Source of the DNA: Catajapyx aquilonaris
Lineage: Eukaryota
Length of the DNA: 64,000 bases
Assembly (NCBI GenBank): GCA_000934665.2
Contig: KZ538551.1
Coordinates: 1 to 64,000 of the forward strand
Direction of reading: 5' to 3'
In this document: one piece after another, positions 55,116 to 64,000 of the stretch
How the letters are laid out: each line of letters begins with the position of its first letter
How positions within the stretch are numbered: position 1 is the first letter of the stretch
Notes under the pieces: model-generated
The model's database searches: none
Told to the model about the DNA's origin: nothing
The model's input: the letters and a program-made list of their open reading frames with translations, nothing else
Position numbers and translations under genes: made by a program

Positions 55116-55723
55116 ACTATATTATAGTCCCTTGGAAGACGTGACCCCTCGCCATCGTCCCTCTTCTAAAAACCTGCCTGAAACCTGTCCCACTCGACAC
55201 TAATCCTTGCAGCACAATAAACTTGGGTGGGTGGTCTCGCTGGGATTGGATCGGTGCACGGGGGGAAAGGGTCGCACGTGCACTGGGATTGTTGGTGGAA
55301 GTGAAGCAACTTTGCACTGAAGAAAAAAAAACACACACACAAAAAAAACATTTATGCCACATAAAAAGAGCTACCAGCTAGATGACTGCCCCCTCTAAGC
55401 TGTCATCCTTCTCCGCTCAGCACAGCCCCCACTTACGATACCCACTTTTTTGTCAATTCAAACAACTGAAAAAATACAGTATGCGTTACTAACAGTAAGT
55501 TAGCAGTAACAAGCAGTGGGACGAAAATTGCACCCATTTTTGTAACGTTTCCAGTTAAATAGACACGAAGTTTCAACAGATTTTTAGCAGGTGTCTATTA
55601 TTTTCCCCAATTCATTTTATTTCCGTGAAATATTATTGCAGACGCTTCCAAGATACCGGTATATACAGTAACACTTCTATAAGTCGAATCTCCATGGGAC
55701 CGGAAAAAAACTTCGAGTTTTAG

Positions 55724-56326
55724 TCTGGAGGCGGACCAACGGCCTTCTGGTCCTGGTGGAGAACGGCAGCCTGGCTTCCTTCAGCATTCTGCAAGGGACT
55801 TCATCCTCCAGATGGATCCCAAGTCGCATGTGTTTGCGCCCGTAAGATGTCCTTTAGCACAGTACCGGCATGTACTGAAGCGGATTATCTCCAGTGCCCC
55901 CATGAAAAGCAGTGTCCTCGCCTGCGTGAAGACAGGACACCTTGCAACTACGAGGTTCGTTTCCAGCCGTTCAGCATGGCTGCTCAGGAGCCACCGACCC
56001 TCCGAGAATGCTTCTGTTACCTGGTGATGAAGCGAGGAGCAAGACCTGACCCTGCTCCGGGGTGGCCCAGGATGGTCCAAGAGGTTCTGAAGCGGCCCCG
56101 ACATGCAATCTGCCGCCTTTGCACAGCGCAAGGAGAACTGGCTGAAGTGGTCGTCACAGCCAAGAAGCATGGAAAGCAAGTATTTTCCGTAACAATGATT
56201 ATTCCCCGCAAGTCCAACTTACTCTCCTTGCAGGCCGACGTACAGATGCACTAAATCCAGCAAGTGGGGCGACCTTTTCCCGGCAAACTTGCTGCCATCG
56301 AAATGCAATGAAGAAGACAGTGATTA
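55724..56326 (+). pseudogene. Unidentified Cys-rich coding remnant, possibly transposon-derived
   Basis: GC-rich open frame ...CVCARK...CPHEKQCP...CRLCTAQGELAEVVVTAKKHGK. A possible GC-AG intron continues it to PTYRCTKSSKWGDLFP...EEDSD*, followed by ATTAAA/AATAAA. Confidence 0.35.
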
Positions 56327-56349
56327 AAGTGTGAAAAGGAAGTTTATTA

Positions 56350-56724
56350 ATGCCTCAAATAAAACTTGTATTTAAAAAAGGTACACGCAGTGCAAAACTT
56401 TGGGCTCTGAGGCTTGGTGATTGGCTTGGACGACTTCTCTACGATAAAACTCTTTGTACTTAGGCACAAAAGGAACAGATTTTACAGATGAGGCAGGAGA
56501 TGGTGACCAAGGCAAAGTGCCTTGGTCACCATCTCCGGCCTCATCTGTAAAATCTCTTCTCTGCGCAGCTTCACGTGCTCATCGCGCTCTTCAAAACTGA
56601 ACTGTTCAGGGCTGGGCACAGTCTTGATTGGCGGTGTTGGCTGCGAGGCCTTAACTGTGGACCTCTTTGGCTTCGTCTCCACCGGTTCTGTCTCCAGCTC
56701 CTTGGCAGCCCTGCAGTTTTGCAA
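56350..56724 (-). pseudogene. Unidentified coding remnant convergent with the previous one, disrupted by a 38-bp inverted duplication
   Basis: NCRAAKELETEPVETKPKRS...FSFEERDEHVKLRREEILQMRPEMVTKAL. The frame reopens (VPFVPKYKEFYRREVV...) when the duplicated arm is removed. A diverged inverted paralog lies at 57363-57510. Confidence 0.4.
56477..56555. repeat. Near-perfect hairpin, 38-bp arms, 3-nt loop
   Basis: AGATTTTACAGATGAGGCAGGAGATGGTGACCAAGGCA-AAG-reverse complement, with one mismatch. Confidence 0.95.
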
Positions 56725-58630
56725 TTGTAATGATCAAGTGTACATGGTTATTTTTTATGCCAACTGACATTTTCATCTGCCTGAACTTCCGCATCGATGC
56801 AAGACTCCGTTTCGGTACAGTCACAGGTGCAGCTTCTCGCCACCAGGCCTAAGCGGGCACCCTCACCTGCACCGATAACAATGTGTTAATGGGAGTACAT
56901 GATACGATAAAGTTGAAGCATACTTGATCACCGGCTCTTGAATTTCTTTGGTGTAGCGACCTGGTACTTCCTCACAGCCTCGGCCATGGACACGAAGGGT
57001 GCAGATGAGGGTGCCCGCTTAGGCCTGGTGGTGCTGGAGCCACAGCTGGAGGTCGGCTGGAGAAACGCGCTGCATACAAACCGGAACGCACCAATACCTG
57101 CATTGCCAATGAAGTGAGCCCCATTCCACGCATGGCATGAGCATGTAACGTACCTGGCGTCGTACCCCTCCTCTTCTTCTGACTAGACTGACTCCCCGAC
57201 TGGGCCGATGGCCTCATCGGCTGAGAAGACCTCGTCCGACTCGACCACATCTGGAAAAATGGAATAGTTGACCCGACATTCCAACAAAACAACGAGCGGG
57301 GTAAGACTGACCGAAGAACTCGTCCGCCCTGTCGTCGTAGCAGGGAACGAGGCCAAGTCCACGAACTGCAGGCGGGCGATCTCCTCGTAGTCCATCGAAG
57401 CCAAAGAGGTCCAGGTAAGGCCCCGCATCCAACCCCGCCAATCAGTGACCTGCCCCTGAACCATTCAGTTTTGAAGAGCGCGATAAGCACATATGAAGCT
57501 GCGCAGAGAGGCACGTGAAAAGGGGCGTTCAGACGAGGCAACTTGGTTTCAGCAGCGTGGCTGCAACCTGGCTGAAATACACGGGAGAGAATAGGAAGTG
57601 TCAGCAACCCAAAAAAATGCTTCAACTTTTCTGCAACCAGGAAACGCGCCCAATACCTGCGTTGTCAATGAGAGTGAGCCACCGCGTGGCATGGCATGAG
57701 CATGTAACGTACCTGGCGTCGTACCGAGGCGTCGTGGCGAGTCGGCAGCTCGACGGACTGACGGAGAAGGAGGGACGACGACCGTTGGCCTGAGTTTAAA
57801 TCTGATTCCCCCAGCCAATGAGGATGAGCCAGGACGACGACGGTGGGGCAGGGTTGCCAGGATATCTAACAACTCGCAGCCTGTAACCTCCCAAGGTAAC
57901 CTCCCACTTTTCAATGGGAAATGAGGGAAATGGGGTTCCCAGTTAGCATAAATGACATTTTTGAAATAATGTTGTCAGTTTATAAAACATTATTTCAAAA
58001 ATGCCATCACTTCCCCCTTATTGCAGGAGAAAAGTTATCAGAACTAGGGGAGACTGCTGAGTTGTTTCCAGAAATAGTTGACCTGGGGGCCAGCATGATT
58101 TTTTTGTGCAGCCTACAGGTCCCTCGATTGTTGAGGCCAGCTAATGTTGCTGTACTGAGTAGTTGCGTTTTGGTTAGCGCAATGCCTGTGAATTATTATT
58201 AATGCGTGGCATTGATTCTGGAGAAGTCAGTTGTGATCATTGTATTTGTCCGGTCTTGGGTATCGCATGATGGGGGAGTGTACTACACTACTACTTAACT
58301 CTGCATTTCACTCACTACATATGGAGGCGTGAAATGCGGAGTTATCACAGGGCCACTGCACACATGACAATAACCCTGCCCTTTTGACGGGTGAGATTTT
58401 AAAAGGCCACGCTTCATTTCTCCTCCCCCTCAGTCCCTGCTGGTGAGTCGTCGTTCACTGTGCAGCTTGATCAGTCATGGACTGGCGTTTGTTCTCCGTC
58501 CAACCCTCCGTCATCTGGAAGCTAATGGCACAAACATCACCACTGTCCACTGGATCACCTCGGGTATGTTTTCTCGGGTCACAGGAGGAGCTTATATTGT
58601 CACGCTGCTGACCGTGCGAAATATTTTCAG

Positions 58631-60397
58631 GCTGCCAGGACGATGATGAGTTCCACCATGATGAGGGAAGAGGAGGAGGGGGAGTGTGCTGACCGGTCAC
58701 CGTCGCATAATATTCATCCAGCAGTGGATTATGTGAACGACATTTCGCCTGTTCCAAGCGGCAGTCAACTGCGCCGACCCCTTCAGCACTCTGATGTTAT
58801 TGCTGAAGATGAACAGCTGCTGGAAATGGCTCCAAATTTACCTCCGCATCAGGCCCGCTGATGAGGGCGCTTTCAATGTAAGATTGTTTTTCTTTATTGA
58901 AACAAGGGTGTGCTTATAGCTTATTATTTTTTGCACCTTTGTTTCAGGAATCGTATTTCAAGGAGTAGTGATACCTGGTGCAGGTACTTTTGCATAAGTC
59001 TCCTTCGGCTTGACTGATATGCATGCATATCATGCATATCGGTCAAACCGAAGGGGACTTATTCAAAAGATATCAGTCAAGACGAAGGAACCTTCAAAAA
59101 TACCTGAACCACGTACAGTATAGCCTACCTCTTGGTGAGTACGAGGCCCTGGTCGGAGTCTGACCGCCTGTGTAGAGCCCACTTTAGACTAGGTTGTGTT
59201 CATATAATCAAATGGTTCTCATTTAACAGGTATACACCTTCACGAAGATCTTTGATGAGACTCTAGATCAGACTGCTTTCTTTGAGGGATGCATCATCAC
59301 AACTGTCCAGGATTTCTTACAGGCCAAGGACAGCCTGGTCTTTTCTTACGGGACAACAAATGCAGGGAAGACCCACACCATTCAAGGTAAACATATAGTG
59401 AATCAAACTCTTGAAACTGGTGATGTAATTGGACTTTGTCATTTTAGGTGTACCTGATGACATCTGTTCCTGCCACGAACAGTTGATGTCATCTTTAACT
59501 TTAACTCTATACAGAGTAACGTGGCCGAACGTGGCAAAGGAAATCAGATGGAAGCCCAAGTCCCAAGGGTTTTAGCCGAGCAGTGAAATTGGGTGAGGAT
59601 GACTCACGAAGGGAAGAGGAGAAAAATCTGGCCGCCATGCGAAACTTGCAACACATTAAGAACTGTAAGTAAAAAAATAATACCTGAAGTAGTGGATTAA
59701 ACTGGGATCTTCTGGCAGTGCCTGTGACGTGTCACTATGGGCAGTCTAGAAATGAGGTTACCTGCTCTGGTGTTATTTTTCCATGGGATGATATTAGATG
59801 GGTAATTAATTATTCCAGCCTGTTAAAGGCTCAGTAATCAACTAACTGCTGAATGGCTCAGTATCATTTTATTGGCACAGGCATTTTCATTACTACCAAA
59901 GTTCTGTTGCTTCTTGGGACCTCATGCCATTGCACTAAACGTACCATTGTTTGGAACACACTCTTGAGTTGATCAGGACAAATTCTGCCTTGGCCTGCGT
60001 TTCCCATTCCAATTTCATTTTTACTGATTGTTATATTGCAGTCTGGGGCTTTGTTTAAAAAGCCTGTGATATCTAGCCAAGACAGCCTCGCCAGTCGTAT
60101 CCCGCTACTTAGTGGAGTCCACTTTAATGGAGGAACGTCGCTGGGATGGCAGGACTCTGACTCTCTCAGGGATAGAGGCCACTACAACTTACACGACGAA
60201 TGTGTGTGTGAATGGGAAGGTCACGTAGCACTGAAGGATGTACAATATGTCTTTACAATTTGTTTCTTAATTTTAGGTTGTCATTTTGTGACTTGGCTGG
60301 AATTGAGAGAACGGAGAAGACTAGGAATGTTGGCATGCGTCTTAAGGAGACGGGAAACATCAACAATAGCTTGATGGTACTTGGCCGCTGTGTGGCC
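58631..60397 (+). pseudogene. KIF20: Kinesin-6 (KIF20A/B-like) motor-domain pseudogene; exon remnants 58631-58877, ~58948-59134, 59230-59386, 59448-59664, ~60042-60219, 60277-60397
   Basis: Motifs IYLRIRP, YTFTKIFDE, P-loop YGTTNAGKTHTIQG, LPRTVDVIFN and [11 protein letters not shown]...[18 protein letters not shown], with GT-AG splice sites. Frameshifts, a MITE insertion, no visible EIYNE/NxxSSRSH segment, and truncation at 60397. Confidence 0.85.
58974..59113. mobile_element. TA-flanked palindromic MITE inside a KIF20-like exon
   Basis: TA|CCTGGTGCAGGTACTTTTG ... CAAAAATACCTGAACCACG|TA, with an internal hairpin TTTTGCATAAGTCTCCTTCGG/CCGAAGGGGACTTATTCAAAA. Confidence 0.7.
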
Positions 60398-61098
60398 AGC
60401 AGCTAACCTCATTTCTAGACTGCCCATAGTGAAACGTCACAGGCACTGCCAGAAGATCCCAGTTTAATCCACTAACTCTAGGTATTTTTTTTTACTTACA
60501 GTTCTAATGTGTTGCAAGTTTTGCATGACGGCCAGATTTTTCTCCTCTTCCCTTTGCGAGTCATCCTCACCCAATTTCATGGCTCGGCTAAAACCCTTGG
60601 GAGCCCAAGGGATGATCAGATGGAAGCCCTTCCATCTGATTTCCTCTGCCACGTTACTCTGTATAGAGTTAAATATGACGTCAACAGTTCGTGGCAGGAT
60701 ACCAATGTCATCAGGTACACCTAAAATGACAAAGTCCAGTTACATCACCAGTTTCAAGAGTTTGATTCACTGTGTTTACCTTGAATGGTGTAGGTCTTCC
60801 CTGCATTTGTTGTGCCATAGGAGAAGACTAGGCAGTCCTTGCCCTGTAAAAAATCTTGGACAGTTGTGATGATGCATCCCTCAAAGAAAGCCATCTGATC
60901 GACAGTCTCATCTAAGATCTTGGTGAAGGTGTACAGTCGGCACGGAAATGGTAAGGACACATTGACGGTTCCAGAATCCTCAAATGTGTCCTTACCTTTT
61001 CCGTCTCCCGACTGTACCTGTTAAATGAGAACCATTAGATAATATAAACACAACCTAGTCTAAAGTGGGCTCTACACAGGCGGTCAGACTCCGACCAG
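60398..61098 (-). pseudogene. KIF20: Inverted duplicate of KIF20-like exons (60780-61017 and 60500-60720) with introns
   Basis: Reverse complement of 59149-59766. Encodes YTFTKILDE...YGTTNAGKTYTIQG|VPDDIGILPRTVDVIFNSIQ. Interrupted by a MITE at 60934-61014. Confidence 0.9.
60934..61014. mobile_element. 81-bp Tc1/mariner-type MITE, TA-flanked
   Basis: TA|CAGTCGG...AAGGACACATT / AATGTGTCCTT...CCGACTG|TA. Absent from the paralogous arm at ~59231. Confidence 0.85.
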
Positions 61099-61200
61099 AT
61101 TCGACCATTGGCTGGAGTGATTATGAACTGTATATGTGTTTCATGGTTATGCCCCATCTTGCATTTTTCTATGGGAATAGCGGCCTGTTTTGATGTGACA

Positions 61201-61265
61201 GTTGACTCCAATTGGCTGGTAGTACAGAGCCCAGGCCTGTACTACTACAGCCAATTGGAGTCGAC
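61201..61265. repeat. 65-nt hairpin
   Basis: GTTGACTCCAATTGGCTGGTAGTACAG / CTGTACTACTACAGCCAATTGGAGTCGAC. Confidence 0.8.
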
Positions 61266-62250
61266 CTGAAGCGAGAGGTTGGCGACTCTTCCTGGAGATT
61301 CTCTAATGTGAACTAGTTTTTTTTTCCCCCATGATTTCATGTTGTGAAGCCAAGTAAGAGTGACTGTTGAAACAACTGGATTGGCTCCTAAATTGGCTCT
61401 TAAAATTCATTTTATCTTTTCTCAAATTTTTATACTTCTCTTTTCAATGTGTGGGATTATGAATAACATGTGTAAACAAGCTGTTTTTCTCTGCAACTTT
61501 TCAAATAAAATACAGTATTTGTCACAAGTCCTTTGTACATTTATTATTTGTACTGTACATCACAGGAATCTTCCTTCAGTAATTAAAGCATACAAAATGA
61601 GGACACTTGAAACAGGAAGGTAGTCACTGATTAAACTGACTAAACGCATTTCAAGTCAAGACTTACGTGGCGCGCACACAAAGTAACCACTCTGCCTAGT
61701 TACAAGACTACAGGACAATTCAACCCATTTTTATTGTCCTACTAGGCACAAAATCGTAAAATGCATTGTCATACAAACATTGTGTCCAATATATTGTGCG
61801 CGCTGTAACAATCATGATTATTGAGCTATGTGCCATTATGGAATGGAATTATGGATGGACTCTTCGTTGGATGTCCGCAATTTCTGATGTACAATCAGCC
61901 AAATATTATTGCCGAGTTTTGTCACATTCATTGCACACACCATGCATGTCTCTTGCCACACACTGGTTTGTCACTCATCGCAGCTATGAAAGAATGAGGC
62001 TTCATAACAATATGGAACAACACATGAGGGTTTGGCCTTTTATATTTTGAGCATAACTTTGCCTGCTAGTCGTCTCCACTCCAAAATGAGAGAGAATTAT
62101 ATGCAAACCTGTAGGAAACCAAACCACACCCGCTGGCATTTACATTTATCTGGTACATTTATTCCACATAGAACAAGTCATAAATATATTTTACTCAACA
62201 CGCATGTATTGTAAACATAATTCCATCTGAAACCTCTACTCACAGCCCAT

Positions 62251-63279
62251 TCATACGTATACCTTGTCAATTATGTGTGTCACACATTGCCTGCAAATGG
62301 GGCATGTAGTTATGGGCATCATGGATTGGAGGCACTGACTACACAAGCAAAAGTGCTTGCAGGGTAAAAGAATAGCTGCTTTAGGCTCTGATTGACAAAT
62401 AACACATGTCAGTTCGTCATGATCTCCAGAATGCTCTTTTATACTTTCTGCCGGCCTCTTCATTAACTCTGTCAACCGTTTCCAGGCTGCAAATGGCGCG
62501 TTAATTGTCCAGGTTGCCCATCGCAGCATGGAAACCCAAAAGCGGATCCGCATCATAATCCACATTATCACTGTGAGTAAGACCAGGCCTGTGTACGTTC
62601 CTGGTGGGGTGTCCATAAAAAAAGTCATCATGGACATCACCATTGAGGACAATAAGGACATGATGCCAAACACAGATCCGATGGCCACATTCGCCAGAGT
62701 TAGGGCGACTTTGGCAACAGTGACAAGAACATATCTGGTGATGTAGTACGGAACGAATGGCAGATAGGAGACTCCTGTGTAAACGCTGGTTCCGAGCAGC
62801 ACCATAGAGGCTCGGAGGAGGATGAAAGGTGCCAACACCACCGACTTCAGGAAGGCCAGGAGGTCCAGCACGGAGAGGCCAACCTGCAGAATGTAATGTG
62901 TTACATCTCACGTATACGAAGGTTAGACAGCATGTAAGTGCGCTGATCTCACCTGGCCGGAAATCTCAACTGTAGTACCCAACGCCAACATAACAGACTC
63001 TCCCATCAGGTGGCACAGGCTATCCATGATCCTGACCACTGCCGCAACCCGTCCTCCAAGCTCCACCGCAAACGAGACAAACTCCTCGATCAAGACTCCA
63101 ACTCCCATCAGCACGTCAGCCATCCCCATGACCACCCCTCTAATGAGGGTGGCCACAATGGTCACGATGCCCTCCCCCACCACATTGCTATAAAATATCA
63201 GCAGGACGCCTCCGATCCACGTATTCTCCAGCACCGACTGCACCAGTCCGCTCACCAACTGCAACACTCCCACCACCAT
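62251..63279 (-). CDS. RNF26: RNF26-like multi-pass membrane RING E3 ubiquitin ligase; join(62953..63279, 62251..62883), 319 aa
   Basis: Two adjacent ORFs are joined in frame by a GT-AG intron (donor CAG|gtgag, acceptor ttctgcag|GTT). Long hydrophobic N-terminal region. C-terminal RING CVICQSEPKAAILLPCKHFCLCSQC...CPICRQCVTHIIDKVYV matches the RNF26 architecture as I recall it. Confidence 0.85.
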
Positions 63280-63384
63280 CGTCGTCGTCTGGTCGCCCTG
63301 CAACGTAATTATCATTAGAAAAGTACTGATGGAACCAGATGGAACTGTCAGCTATAAACTTAACGAATTAACATCATTACGCAC

Positions 63385-63632
63385 ATAATGTATTGCATGT
63401 TATGTATTACATTACTATGTACACATTACATGTTATGTACTGTACAGCATGTATTACATGTTATGTACTGAGTACTGTACAGCATGTATTACATGTTATG
63501 TACTGAGTACTGTACAGCATGTATTACATGTTATGTACTGAGTACTGTACAGCATGTATTACATGTTATGTACAGTGACTTACATGTTATGTACAGCATG
63601 TGTTACATGCAGCATTATGTTATGTACAGTAT
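63385..63632. repeat. 35-bp minisatellite in the first RNF26-like intron
   Basis: TACTGTACAGCATGTATTACATGTTATGTACTGAG repeated ~4 times with degenerate flanks. Confidence 0.95.
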
Positions 63633-63690
63633 TACAAGGTGCGGCCAAGGTGCTACATTATGTAGACTGAATACGACTGAAGGATCTTAC

Positions 63691-63926
63691 ACGACTGTTG
63701 GGATGTCCTTGCAAGAGGCGATGATGTTCAAGGCTTCTGCTGGTTCCGGGTGATGCAACTCGAGGGCAGTGTGTTGTTGGGACTCGACCAAGTTCTGCCC
63801 CTGGTCCGCCCCTGGGTCCGCCCCTAGAGCGGGCAAAGCCAGGCTTGAAGCCTTCGCATCGTTTTTGGATTCTTCTTTTTTTTTGTTATGCAAGATATGA
63901 AAGTTCGAATGCAGGGTTGCCAACAT
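63691..63926 (-). other. Probable upstream (5' UTR) exon of the RNF26-like gene containing an out-of-frame upstream ORF
   Basis: Donor CGT|gtaag at 63690 and acceptor ttgcag before 63297. The 79-aa ORF splices out of frame with RNF26. Confidence 0.35.
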
Positions 63927-64000
63927 GTTAGCGTCAGCCTAACGTTCTCGCAGCTGTTGCCACATTTTAATCATATTCATATTTTAATTACATTTAATGA

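Noticed and set aside
58631..61098. Functional kinesin gene
   Set aside because: Frameshifts, MITE insertions, missing central motor motifs and truncation by the inversion.
63010..63318. His-rich plus-strand ORF
   Set aside because: Antisense shadow of the Val/Met-rich RNF26-like exon.

Overview
Repeat-rich, gene-poor eukaryotic (most likely invertebrate animal) genomic DNA with three N-gaps. Most listed ORFs are noise from low-complexity or repetitive sequence. One intact gene is clear: a spliced RNF26-like multi-pass membrane RING E3 ligase on the minus strand (about 62.25-63.28 kb). A decayed kinesin-6 (KIF20-like) gene lies at 58.6-61.1 kb, and two of its exons with their introns are duplicated as a ~620-700 bp inverted repeat. 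Just upstream (55.7-57.8 kb) is a mosaic of unidentified gene-like fragments with further inverted duplications, so 55.7-61.3 kb is a cluster of fold-back gene fragments (candidate hairpin-RNA/endo-siRNA locus). The rest carries many small non-autonomous DNA transposons: Tc1/mariner-type TA-flanked MITEs, a Harbinger MITE, a Sola2-like element, Helitron/Helentron-like pieces and a foldback element. It also has an unclassified ~200 bp AGATGGCGC-motif family (~12 copies), nested insertions with their empty sites visible in the window, a motif-plus-variable-linker array at 42.0-42.5 kb, and a possible spliced secreted-protein gene at the left end. All calls are by eye; no database searches were run.
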